Source of the DNA: Macrostomum lignano
Taxonomy: Eukaryota
Direction of reading: 5' to 3'
Length of the DNA stretch: 64,000 bases
NCBI GenBank assembly: GCA_002269645.1
Contig: NIVC01001867.1
Location: 124,001-188,000 of the forward strand
Shown here: positions 11,525 through 22,781 of the stretch, one piece after another
Numbering within the stretch: the stretch's first letter is position 1
Layout of the letters: every line of letters begins with the position of its first letter
Program-made: the position numbers and the translations under genes
Notes under the pieces: generated by a model
Database searches by the model: none
The model's input: only the letters and a program-made list of their open reading frames with translations
What the model was told of the DNA's origin: nothing

Positions 11525-14500
11525 TTCAGTTGGACAACTAGAGCCTTACGAGGAAGGCAAAGATTGGGACGCCTATCAAGAGCGAATGGACTCTTACATG
11601 CTTGCAAACGGCATAGAAGGCGACGAAAAGAAGAAGGCAGTGTTTCTGACATTGATTGGCGAACGATGCTACGCAGTCCTGCGGGATCTCTGCAGTCCGA
11701 CCAAGCCAACAGATCTACAATACAGCGCCCTCACCGAGCACCTTCAAAAGCACTTCAAACCGAAGAAGCCAGTAATCGCTGAACGGTTCAAGTTCTACAA
11801 GCGGGCACAAAAGGACGGAGAGACGGCTGCTCAATTTCTGGCTGCGCTGCGGAATCTGGCCGATTCGTGCGAGTTCCGGGGGTTTCGAGAAGAAGCTCTC
11901 CGAGACTGTTTCGTCTGCGGTCTTCGGGACCAGCGGACCCAGCAGCGACTCCTGATGGAGGAGAAGCTCACGCTGGATGCGGCCAAGAAAATTGCCCTCG
12001 CGGCGGAGATTGCTAAGTCGGAAACGGAGCAGTGGAAATCGAGCTCAGACGTCAGCTCAGTCCAGCAGGTAGCGCCAGACTCGAAGGCGTGCTACAGGTG
12101 CGGATTGAAAGGCCACCTGTCGGCAGCCTGCCACTTCAGGACCGCAAAGTGCCACAACTGCGGGAAAGTTGGACACCTGCAGAAAGTTTGCCGCTCAGCC
12201 AAGAAAGCCTCCAGAACAACGAAAGCCGGACGGCCAGAGAACGGACCAGCGCACGCAATGCAAACGGAAGAGGAGGAAGCAGCAACTGGCTGGATTTCGC
12301 AAGTCACTGCATCGGCCAAGAAGATCAGCGTAAGCCTGCTGGTGAATGACCAGCCCCTCACCATGCAGCTGGACACCGGTGCCTGCGTCAGCCTCGTACC
12401 GGAGTCGGTGTGGAAGCAGCTCGGCCGACCTCCGCTGACACCAACACGCCTGCGACTCCGGACCTGGACGGGCGAGCCAATACAAGTCAAGGGAACAGCC
12501 GAGGTCAGGGTCAACTACGACGGAAGACAGCATGATAAGCTGCCGCTGGTGGTCACCAGTCAGACCGGAGCCTGCCCATTGCTAGGACGCAATTGGCTGG
12601 AAAAAGTGCGACTCAACTGGACTCAGTTGTTTGCCAACCAGATCAGCCAGGCGCCGGCGCAGAACAGCGGGCCTCTCGACCAGATGCTGGAGGAGTTCGC
12701 TGATGTTTTCGACGAGAGCCTGGGGCAGTTGAAGGATCAGACAGTCGCACTGAGACTTAAAAGTGACGCACAGCCTCGATTCTGCAAGGCCAGACCCGTG
12801 CCATTCGCAGTGCGGGACAAGCTTGAGCTCGAGCTCCAGGACATGCTCAACAAAGGGATCATCCGCCCGGTGTCCTACAGTGAGTGGGCTACGCCAGTGG
12901 TTCCGGTACTCAAGGCGGACGGCTCAGTCCGACTGTGCGGCGACTATAAACTGACGTTGAACCCTCAGCTCCACATCGACCAGTACCCGCTGCCTACGCC
13001 TGAAGAGCTTTACGAGCAGATGGGACGGGGTCAGCTGTTCTCAAAACTCGATCTGTCACAATGTTATCTTCAGTTTCCACTCGACGAAGAGAGCTGCAAG
13101 CTGACGACCATCAACACGCATAAAGGGCTTTTCGAGTACCTCCGGTTGCCATTTGGCGTCAGTTCGGCTCCTGCGATTTGCCAGAGGCTGATGGAAACAC
13201 TTTTGAAGGGCGTGCCGGGAGTCTGTTGTCGCATTGATGACATCCTGGTCTCCGGTCCGTCAATGAGTGAGCACCTAGCAGCGCTTCGAGAGGTACTGAC
13301 CAGGCTGAGAGCGGCGGGCTTGCGGCTGAAGCGAATCAAGTGCAAATTTCTGCAAGAAGAAGTCGAATACCTGGGCTCGTTGCTGAGCAAGGACGGAGTC
13401 AAGAAGCTGCCTCAGAAGGTGGAAGCAATAGTCAACAGCCCGAAGCCAGCGACAGTATCAGAGCTGCGATCATTCTTGGGCCTCGCAAACTACTATGCTC
13501 GACATGTCAAGGACTTCTCCACGATCGCTGCTCCTCTGTATCAACTGTTGAGGAAGGAGACGGACTGGCGGTGGGCTGAGACGGAGGACCGAGCCTGGGA
13601 CCATCTTAAGCAAGAACTGAGTACGGACAGCGTGCTGACGCATTTCAACGAGCAGCTTCCAGTGGTGGTGGCCGCGGATGCTTCATCGGTCGGCATCGGC
13701 GCGGTGCTGTCCCACACGATGGAGGACGGCTCGGAACGGCCGGTGACTTTTGCTTCAAGGACGCTGTCAGCAGCGGAGCGAAATTACTCGCAAATTGAGA
13801 AAGAAGCCCTCGCCATCGTGTTCGCCATCAAGCGGTTCCACCAGTACCTGTTCGGCCGGAGCTTCACGATAATTACGGATCATCAGCCGTTGACGACGAT
13901 TTTCGGACCGAAGGTTGGCATCTCGCCGACTGCAGCAGGGCGACTTCAGAGATGGGCACTGCTGCTGTCAGGGTACAGCTACAGCATCCGGTTCCGCAAG
14001 ACTGCTCAGCACAGCAACGCAGACGGCCTGTCTCGCTTGCCCCTGCAGATGAAGGACGACAACCCAGACGACGACGATCGGGTCTGTCAGCTGACGGGCG
14101 AGTTTCCATTGACGGCGGCGGATGTAGCGGCAGCAACGAAGCGGGATGACGAGCTCCGAGATGTTCTCCGGATGATAATGACTGGCTGGCCAGAGTCGGT
14201 TCCGCCGCGGCTCGAGCCCTACTTTCGTCGTCGACTAGAACTAAGCGTGGAAGACGGCTGCGTGATCTGGGGAACTCGCGTGCTGGTTCCGGAAGCGTTG
14301 CGACCTGGAGTTCTGCGCGAGTTACACGTGGAACATTTCGGCATGGCCCGGATGAAAAGTGTCGCCAGAACCTTCGTCTGGTGGCCAGGAATGGATTCTG
14401 ACATCGAGTCGGTTGCCAGCAGCTGCCAAGCCTGCCAATCCGTTAAGCTGCATCCGGTGCTGGCTCCACTGCACCCCTGGGTGTGGCCAGACCAGCCCTG

Positions 14501-15394
14501 GGACCGCATCCACGTTGACTTTGCCGGGCCGGTTCGAGGCCGCCAGTTTCTCCTCGTAGTCGACGCGCACTCAAAGTGGCCGCATGTGGAGGCCGTGTCA
14601 ACACTCGAATCGGCCGAGCTGGTTCGCAAGCTGCGAGTGTTGTTTGCACAATGGGGCCGCCGAGAGAACTGGTATCGGACAACGGTCCAGCATTCATCAG
14701 TCAAGGATTTAGCGATTTCTGCAAAGCAAATGGAATTCGCCACACAAGAAGCAGTCCATATCACGCCAAGACCAACGGACTGGTGGAACGGCTGGTGAAG
14801 TCGTTCAAGATGGCCATGGAGGCGTCACGGAGCAGTCAGCCGGACCTCGACATCCGCCTGTGCAACTGGCTGCTGGGCTACCGAGCTAGCCCGCACCCAA
14901 CGACCGGTCGGACACCAGCGGAGCTCTTCCTGAAGCGGCAGCTCCGGACTCGAATGGACCTGCTGCGGCCGTCAGCCCGGGATCGAGTACTGCGGGAGCA
15001 ATCTGCCCAGAAACGACAGCACGACCGGCGGTCGCGGGAGCTGCCGGAGGAGCCGTGGTCGGAGGCCTGGGCCAGGGACTACCGGCCTAATGCGGCGGCC
15101 TGGCAACCAGCAAAAGTTCTCGAGCAGACTGGGCCGCTGAGCTTCCGAGTCGAAACGAGCGACGGCCTGACCTGGCGCCGTCATGCCGACCAACTGCGGG
15201 GCCGGCGAGTTGAGAGCGACAAACCTGACGGTCCGGCAGCCGGGACCGAGCCAGCTGAAGCTGCGGACTCGACCGGGACCGGCGCGGAGCACCCGGAGCC
15301 GGAGCCGCCAGACGCGCCCTGCGGACTGCAGCCTGCACGCCGGCGACGGCCACCTGAGAAGCTGACCTACTCGAAACTCGGGAGCTGTGATTGA
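11520..15394 (+). CDS. gag-pol: Gag-Pol polyprotein with one frameshift in the integrase (~14655)
   Basis: Two CCHC knuckles (CYRCGLKGHLSAAC, CHNCGKVGHLQKVC), protease LDTGA, RT IDDIL, RNase H ADAS, integrase HHCC plus IHVDF / SDNG / VERL split between ORFs 11493-14798 and 14576-15394. Confidence 0.95.
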
Positions 15395-15414
15395 TAGGAA
15401 GCGGACTTCTTCTG

Positions 15415-15426
15415 AGAGGGGAAAAG
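15415..15426 (+). promoter_or_regulatory. Polypurine tract
   Basis: GAGGGGAAAAG-type purine run directly before the 3' LTR TG. Confidence 0.85.
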
Positions 15427-15605
15427 TGTCATGACTTATGGGGTGGGGCCGCGTGGTAGGGGTGGAGCTTGTTTAGTAAGCCTAGCTAGCAGTACGTACG
15501 GTAATGTACATGCGCGGGCCACCGTGCCCCTTGGCCTATAAAATATACAGAGCGTGGAGGGTTTTGCCTCAACTGAGTTTACTCCAGAATAAGCGAATTG
15601 ACTTC
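15427..15605 (+). repeat. 3' LTR, main part (last 6 bp ATTACA displaced to 34772-34777)
   Basis: Matches 5' LTR up to GACTTC, where Polinton-A begins. Confidence 0.97.
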
Positions 15606-15885
15606 AGTAGTAGGGAAAAAGACGCTTCCAGACCCAGAGCACTTTTTTAACAGCCGTTTTAAGGGTCTAGAGGGGGGACACGGGGGGTAAATAAAAAAAC
15701 ACATCTAAACACCCTTAACACATCTAATCACCCATAATCACCCACAACACCCCTTAATACCAAAAATCAATATAACCCATCCCCAACTCATCTTATCACA
15801 CCCCTCGTGTCCCCCCTCTGGAACCTTATAAACGACCATTAAAAAAGGTCTGATCTAGAAGCGTCTTTTTCCCTACTACTACTCT
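15606..15885 (+). repeat. Polinton-A left TIR
   Basis: Reverse complement of 34486-34765; further partial similarity to ~15920 with a ~65-bp deletion on the left. Confidence 0.95.
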
Positions 15886-15937
15886 ATAACCCCTTGCCCG
15901 CGCCGCAGGCGCGAAGGGTCTTTTTCTGTTACTAAAA

Positions 15938-16252
15938 ATGACCCGAGTTTACACCTTTTCTGTTAGTGATACTTTTGAGACTGTTGCTAAAAATGCAGAG
16001 ATAATAAAACAACATATTTTGAATGGAATAATTGATGAAGTTTATTTAAAATATGACGACAAGCATGACCTAAAGCTTTATCCATTAGAGCTAGATGAGA
16101 TGTATGATTTAGAACAAGAGGGTGAGTTAATATTTCAACTTGGAGATTATTTAAATTCGGATGATTGGGAGGTTAGATCAACAGATTCCGAATCAACAAA
16201 TAGTTCATATGAAACCAGTGATTCAGAGAATGAAAGTGAAATTTTTATGTGA
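15938..16252 (+). CDS. Polinton-A small acidic protein (104 aa)
   Basis: Near-identical to 57607-57921 in element B. Confidence 0.8.
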   Translation: MTRVYTFSVSDTFETVAKNAEIIKQHILNGIIDEVYLKYDDKHDLKLYPLELDEMYDLEQEGELIFQLGDYLNSDDWEVRSTDSESTNSSYETSDSENESEIFM

Positions 16253-16268
16253 AAAAAATATTTAAAAA

Positions 16269-16523
16269 ATGAACTATTATTCTATAACAGAAACGACGTT
16301 TATTATGAAAAATATATATAAAAAAATGAAGGTAAATCGAACCCATGGTTCGCGTGCTTTGCACGATTATTCCTACATCGGAAATGTTCCAATTAATGAA
16401 CTTAATGAAAATTTAAGTTTGATAACAGTTGAACAAATGTCAATAATAATATTAGTAACAATAATAGTAATAATATTGTTTTTGTTTGTAATAAAAAAAT
16501 TACTACCATGTTGTCTTAAGTAA
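16269..16523 (+). CDS. Polinton-A small C-terminal TM protein (84 aa, includes a 10-aa hairpin-element insertion)
   Basis: Hydrophobic IIILVTIIVIILFLFVI; 74-aa homolog at 57367-57591. Confidence 0.8.
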   Translation: MNYYSITETTFIMKNIYKKMKVNRTHGSRALHDYSYIGNVPINELNENLSLITVEQMSIIILVTIIVIILFLFVIKKLLPCCLK

Positions 16524-16533
16524 CTGTTCGAAC

Positions 16534-18136
16534 TTAGTTCGCTGATATTAGTTGGTTCTCATAAAACGAACCCAATATTTCTTCACCGTCCTTATCAGCA
16601 ATTATATAGGTTGTAGGATTGGTATTTAAAACTTTACTGATAGTAAATTTCTCACTTATCTTCCAATATCCTTTTCTTCCTTTTTCAAACTTATCTTTCC
16701 ATTTATAGATATAAACAGAATCACCAACCTTAAAAGATTTCTTTTTATTTTTTTCAAATTTTCCAAAAGTAACTTTAACTTTTTCAGGATTGTTATAAGC
16801 TTGTTGAGGAGTCATCTTTATAGCTGAATGATATGAATTGTTATAATCTTTCACTACGTCTGGTAATATTTTTACCCACTTTTGGTTACCATTAAGACTA
16901 AACTGAAACCATAATTTCTTACCTAAAGTTCGATTAAATCTTTCTATTAATGCGTTTTTACTCTCTCCATAAATAGAATAAATTTTATTAATATACTCCC
17001 CATTCGCGTCTTTTTTCCTTTCTTTTCCTTTTTCAAAATGATACAATTTATACATATGAGGATTGTAAAATTCTTTTCCTTCATCAACACACAATCTTTC
17101 GCTTTTTTCTCCAAGACTTCTAAAAGCAGCAGCAACCTCCTCTCCCTTTTTGGATTTTAAAGGAACAGCCCACGCGTATCGAGTAAAACCATCTAATATG
17201 GTTAAGATATATTTATATCCTCTTTCGTTCGGCATCGACATTAAATCAGCATACCAAATTTCATTCTTTTTGAAGTTCATGATTTTTCTATAAAATTTAG
17301 GTTTTCGATATTCTTTATGAAGAATCTTTGCCTCATCAGAACTTAACCCACCACCACTTAATAATAAACACTCGACACAATTATTTCCATGTTGATTATA
17401 ATTAATTCCCAAACCAAATTTAACTTTAGACTGCAAAATCTTTTTAACCATCCACCTAGTTAATCTTTGCCCTACCGATAATCCCTGCAAGTTATCTAAT
17501 CCTTGAATCATTTTTTGATCGGCTTCATGTTTTAATCTTAATGCTTCCTCGGGCGGGTTCTTGTCAGCATCTCTATATGCTAAGTCGTGATAGTATGCTA
17601 ACCAATCAATCCCATTTATTGGAATTGAATCAGATTTTGGAGTATTGTCAGGATTTAATCGGAGATCGAGTCGAGTCAACCCGGCCTTTATACCTTTGCT
17701 TTCACAAAGGAGTAGACTGTGTCTTAAGCTATCATAAGGATTGACTAAGTCCTTCAAGCCCACCAGCGTACAGTCGTTGCATCTCAACCATACTCAAGTC
17801 ATATGAGGTTAGGTTTTCGATTCACTCTTGCCCATATATTTATCTTCAAGCTTGTTACCGTTGGGAAGAGGAGTTACCTCTGTTCCTTTGTAATCTTTCG
17901 AAAACAAAGTGGTACTTGAAGCTTTAGGGGATTGAGTGAGCGGCTGGTGTTGCCACTAATAGTGACTAGCAGTAGCTTTGCATCTACCACTCGGGCACAG
18001 CTCGAGCTCCACCCGCGAAGTTGTAAGATGGGATGTGTAATTCATTTGTATACCTCCCAGTAGTAAAGATTGGTGGTAAGCTTGTTAATCCTTTTTGAAC
18101 ATCTAACAATCCTCCTTCAAACACAAGTTGGTTCAT
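16534..18136 (-). CDS. PLA2 (parvovirus VP1u-like)-DDE integrase fusion, split by a group I intron (exon 1 18136-18011, exon 2 17684-16534); 2 extra nt at start of exon 2 in this copy
   Basis: Exon 1 MNQLVFEGG...ELHIPSYNFAG joins PG(T)RLDLRL...YYHDLAY; integrase motifs WYADL, VDEGKEF, IERFNRTL; C-terminal FKVGDSV domain. Confidence 0.85.
17685..18010 (-). ncRNA. Group I intron (326 nt, ORF-less), element A
   Basis: 5' exon ends in U, intron ends in G; P1 CGGGU/GCCCG with U-G at splice site; P3 CACCAGC/GCUGGUG; P4 UCACUC/GAGUGA; P7 GACUG/CAGUC; P5abc-like extension with GGUAACAAGC bulge; GAAA-capped P9. Confidence 0.85.
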
Positions 18137-18620
18137 TTTTAATGTTTAAAAAACATGTTTCTATCAATTTAATAATTTCTAAATATTGATCACCATATAA
18201 AAAATTTAAAGCAAATTCCCCAGTTAACAAGGTAACTCCATTATCAAATACTTTTTGTACGGGGTTTTTAGTAGTATTATTAATGCAAATATAATATAAA
18301 TCAAATTCGGGATTAACATATTTAAATTCTAATAACTTTTGAATATTTCTAAATCGACTTGATGAATTATCTGTGTTATCAGAAGATTTTAACTCTAACG
18401 CAACTTTTCTTTCTGTATGAATTAAATCAATTTTATTTACTTTTTCAAAACCAAAATGTTTAATAGCTAATAATTCATAAAGAGATCCAAGTCTCATTTG
18501 TATTGTTTTAATATGGTTTGCAATTATTAATTCATCTTGAAATATTTTATTTAGTATTCTGTCAGAACCAACTTTATCACAAATAGGCTTACAAAGGTGG
18601 TCTTTTATTGTTTCATCCAT
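18117..18620 (-). CDS. PD-(D/E)XK restriction-endonuclease-like protein (Eco47II-like), element-A specific
   Basis: GSLYE...KIDL...LELKSSDNTDNSSS resembles the E...D-X-E-x-K core; absent from element B. Confidence 0.6.
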   Translation of the reverse strand: MDETIKDHLCKPICDKVGSDRILNKIFQDELIIANHIKTIQMRLGSLYELLAIKHFGFEKVNKIDLIHTERKVALELKSSDNTDNSSSRFRNIQKLLEFKYVNPEFDLYYICINNTTKNPVQKVFDNGVTLLTGEFALNFLYGDQYLEIIKLIETCFLNIKNEPTCV

Positions 18621-18647
18621 TTTATAAAAAATAAATTTAACAATTAA

Positions 18648-19319
18648 TTAAACACCAGTATGTCCAGCAGCTTTCGCAGCAGCTAAAACAAGTTTTCTAG
18701 GAGTTTTAAATCCTTCTCCAACAGCTGGTTTGTTATTTATAGAATTAACAATCCTTTTATACAAGCTGGTATTTTTAGCAGCTCTTACTCCCAACTCATC
18801 ATAAAAAATTTTTGCACTTACTAATTCATCCCTAGTATATAATTCAGGGTTAAATTTTACCCTAGGGTTCATAACAATATTATATGCTCCGCCCAATTCT
18901 CTATATAGTTCATTTCGATTTTTATCAACTCCACCAATTCGATAATTATTATTACCTAAATCTGTCACAGCAATACTAGTTGGTGCAGCTCTCGGATATT
19001 CATCAACTCCACCCCTTTCTGCAGCCCTAATCTCTGCAACTCTCAATTGAGCTTGATCAACATCATAAGCTGGCGGCTCATCCAAAATTTCATCCTCTTT
19101 TGGCTCCGTATTTTTAGCAATTTTTTCCAGAAGATCTTTATCTGTTTTTTCTAGTTCACTAATTTTCCCAGTAATAGGATTAACAAAAGGAGCAGCAAAT
19201 CTTTCACCCGCTAATTGTATTCCTAACTTTCTTTTTTGTAAATTTCTAACAAAATCAGAATATCTTTGCTTCTCTTTATAAATCGCTAACTCTCCATCAA
19301 CGTCCATAAATTGACTCAT
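18648..19319 (-). CDS. Conserved Polinton uncharacterised protein (223 aa)
   Basis: Homolog at 54455-55141; divergently transcribed from MCP. Confidence 0.8.
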   Translation of the reverse strand: MSQFMDVDGELAIYKEKQRYSDFVRNLQKRKLGIQLAGERFAAPFVNPITGKISELEKTDKDLLEKIAKNTEPKEDEILDEPPAYDVDQAQLRVAEIRAAERGGVDEYPRAAPTSIAVTDLGNNNYRIGGVDKNRNELYRELGGAYNIVMNPRVKFNPELYTRDELVSAKIFYDELGVRAAKNTSLYKRIVNSINNKPAVGEGFKTPRKLVLAAAKAAGHTGV

Positions 19320-19353
19320 TTTTTAACATAAAAAACTTTTTTAACTTAAAAAA

Positions 19354-20825
19354 ATGGCTGAAACAAAAACTATGTGGAGTGATAAATTTCATTTCAAAAA
19401 GCACCGACAGTATATTAATGAGGTCAGAGCAAGAGATTTAAATTATACCCTACCAACAAGTGATAATTCAAATAACTTTACTACTGGAACGGTAACTTTT
19501 GACATCGGCGCAACCAACACTATATTGGATATGAAAAATGCGTTTTTCCGCGTTAGATGGTTGTATACTAGAAATGATGGAACTGCTCTTGCAGCCGGAG
19601 ATATCGCAGATCGATCCGGAATAATAATAGAAAATGATTGGTTTTATAAATGTTTTTCCCAAGCTCAACTAACTGTTAATGGTGCTGAGGTTGAGACATC
19701 ATCAAACCCCGCAGAGATTAATGGAGTTTTGAAACATTTAAATTATACTTATTTATCAAAACAAGTTGGTGATAATGTTGGGTGGATGCCGGATAAAGGT
19801 AACGGTCAAGCAGTAGTTTTCCCTAATGTACAAAACGCAGCTGGTGCAGATACTGCAGCTCTAATTGCTTACCTTAATACAAACATAGTTCCAGTTGTAA
19901 CCACTATGACTAATACAAAAGATATTAATACTGGTTTTATAGATCGTCAGAGTAAATTCCCAGTCGCGGTTTTAACCACAGCAACAGCATATGAGCAGGA
20001 CTTTTCAATCTTCCCGCTATTTGGGTTCTTCTCACCAAATCGGGTATGGAAAGGATTAAAATTTGGGATACAGTTGCAAATATCTGGTGGATATCAGCCT
20101 AGGATACTTTATGGAACCTCAATTTCAACCGATATAGCAGTTCGTATAGATTCAATTCAATTAGTCGTACCAACTATTGAGGTAACAGCTCCGCTTTTAA
20201 AACACATCGATAATCAGTTAACGCATGATCAGGAAATATTTTATTTGAATCGTAGACACTTTATGCGAACCATTAATAACAATCAGGATTCATTCCAGTG
20301 GCAAATACTGACATCAAAACGTCGGGTGAGATATATTTTTGTTTGGTTTAAAATAACAAACAGAAGGAGTAAAAGAGCAAATGGGGATTTATATTGGCTT
20401 CAATCGGTGACATAGCAGCACAAGCAGCTACCGCAACAGACAACGCAGTTGCTGCAATTAACGAGTTTAATGTTCAGAATATCCGCCTGCAGGTTGATGA
20501 TCAATATTATCCGGTTAAAGACCCCCTAAATTTAAATATAGCAAATAATAATGTTAATGATTTTATAAAATATTATCAAGATTATGCTAAAAATGAAGCG
20601 TATGCCGTCCCTCAGTACACACCCACAGAGTTTCTAAACATTCATCCAGTGGTTGTTTATGATCTAACGGCACAGAAAGAAAACGTAGCCAATATTGGAC
20701 TTAATTATATGTTAGAGATTAATAAAACCGGTAATCAGGCACTTGACGCCCACGTATTGTTTCTAGAGGAATATATGTCAATTGCTAAAGCTGATGGCAC
20801 GATTGTTCGGGACGCGCCGCTGTAA
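19354..20825 (+). CDS. Major capsid protein (double jelly-roll), frameshift ~20405
   Basis: ~490 aa beta-rich, position before ATPase/penton/protease; element B reads through this junction (QSGDIAAQ). Confidence 0.8.
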
Positions 20826-20876
20826 AATGAGTGCAGGTCTCCGACCGTCGCGCCTATTTAAATTATTTCTTTAAAA

Positions 20877-21676
20877 ATGGTAAAGGCAAAACACGATAAG
20901 ATATTTCCAAATGATCCTTTTCTTTGTTTAGTAATTGGTGGGTCGGGTAAAGGAAAAACACACTTTGTTTACGATTTATTAACAACAGATGGAATGCTAG
21001 ACTATAATAATTTAATAATTTATACTAATAAACCTAGAATAAAATATTATGAATTTCTTAAACATGGATTAAAAAACAAATTAAAAAAAGATGTCTTGTT
21101 TAGAATGTTAAGAGCATATGAGCAATATGAGGATGATGACGAACCGCGATTTAATCTAGCAGACATTGAGGATTTATGTAAAACAATGGCACAACAGCCA
21201 GAAAACATCACCGATCGCCCCGTAGGGTCGCGGACTCCGTCCGATCGCGCCCAACTGTTAGAGTATCAACCCGATTAGCCTATGATCAAATTCCAAAACA
21301 TGATAAAACACTAATTATTTTTGATGATTGTATTAATGACGGTGATCAAGAATTACAAAAGGAAATTTTTGTTAGTGGTAGAGGAGATGGAATCGGAGCT
21401 TTTTATCTAACACAGTCCTTTAGAGAATTAGAATCGATTATAAAAAAGAATGCAAGTTGTTGTGTAATGTTTGATTTAGATAATTATGATTTACAAAATA
21501 TACACGCTAGATTTAATCCCGGGTTGGATGCAAAACCATTTAAAAGTATGTGTAAAAAAATTTGGGATGATAGCCAATACAAACATATTTATATCAATCC
21601 GAGGTTAGAAAGGAAACATAGAATTTTAACAAATTTGATAAAAGAAGATAATGAGGAAGAAGAGGATCGTGCATAG
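20877..21676 (+). CDS. A32/FtsK-like DNA packaging ATPase, frameshift ~21255
   Basis: Walker A GGSGKGKT, Walker B LIIFDD, RGDGIGAFYLTQ; continuous 263-aa homolog in B. Confidence 0.9.
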
Positions 21677-21774
21677 CACGCGTACCTTCGGTACGATCGC
21701 CCCATAGGGTCGCGTAACTTCGGTACGATCGTTCCTTCGGAACGCGGACTTCGTCCGATTCTTCCACTATAAAA

Positions 21775-22560
21775 ATGGCTACAAATTTAGATACTATAAA
21801 ACAATTGGTAGATCGAACTAATTCAAAATTTAGTACAACATTACAGTTTATAATGACAACCAGCGAGCAACGGATTCAATTGCGCGATCCATTACAACTT
21901 GATCAAAGCCTAAGTTATCAAATAGGTTTAATACTATTTTCGGTTTTCAACATGCCTCAATTAATTAATGCAACAAATAATCAATTTAGATATTCTAAAG
22001 ATTCCGGAGCCAATTGGACAACATTTAGCGTTAACCCAGGAGCGTATAGCTATACTGATTTGAATGCTTATATAGAAGGAGAATTAACAACTAATGGTGA
22101 TTGGGTAGCAGGAGCAATTGTTATAGGTGTTGATTTACCGTCTGGCAGATTCACACTATCACTAGGATCCGGATATCAGGTTGATTTCACAATTGCAAAT
22201 TCACTCAGAACCATACTTGGATTTAATTCCCGAATAGTTACCACATCAAGCACCGGTGATACAGTTGGAAATATAGAGGGTGGAGTAAATACAATTAATA
22301 TAACAACCGACATTTCAAACGGTGGTTATATAACAGACGATAACGGAGTTTTGGTTCAACGTGGAATTATTTATTCAATCCCATTTCTTGCTGTTCCAAT
22401 TGGAGAGAAAATGATTGTATCACCTCAAACCCCAATATATTACCCATTAAATCAATATAATGTTCAATCAATTTATATTAGGATTGTAGATGAAAGCGAT
22501 AGATTAATAAGTTTTGGTGGGCAGTCAATAACAGTGATTTTACGTATAAAACAGGTTTAG
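21775..22560 (+). CDS. Minor capsid protein (penton, single jelly-roll)
   Basis: P-L-L...YQIGL..FSVFN...NNQFRY...PGAY pattern typical of Polinton pentons; synteny. Confidence 0.75.
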   Translation: MATNLDTIKQLVDRTNSKFSTTLQFIMTTSEQRIQLRDPLQLDQSLSYQIGLILFSVFNMPQLINATNNQFRYSKDSGANWTTFSVNPGAYSYTDLNAYIEGELTTNGDWVAGAIVIGVDLPSGRFTLSLGSGYQVDFTIANSLRTILGFNSRIVTTSSTGDTVGNIEGGVNTINITTDISNGGYITDDNGVLVQRGIIYSIPFLAVPIGEKMIVSPQTPIYYPLNQYNVQSIYIRIVDESDRLISFGGQSITVILRIKQV

Positions 22561-22570
22561 TACTGTAAAA

Positions 22571-22780
22571 ATGGGTAATCGAACAACATGTTCGCGTGCA
22601 AAGCACGATAATAATAATAATTTAATAAAAAAACAATCAGAAAAAGTTAAAAAAGCTGAAGATAATTACGAACTAGAACTAGCAAAATTAAGGCAGTTAC
22701 AAGCTGATAAAATAAGAAAGGAATTGTTAAAACCCACACCTACGAAACTAACTAAAACCAAGAGTTTTTCAGGAACATAA
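22571..22780 (+). CDS. Small MG-starting coiled-coil protein
   Basis: 57-aa homolog at 51101-51274 (minus). Confidence 0.7.
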   Translation: MGNRTTCSRAKHDNNNNLIKKQSEKVKKAEDNYELELAKLRQLQADKIRKELLKPTPTKLTKTKSFSGT

Positions 22781-22781
22781 A

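Noticed and set aside
12032-15365. Antisense and alternate-frame ORFs inside the Gypsy element
   Set aside because: GC-rich shadow ORFs of gag-pol without domain signatures.
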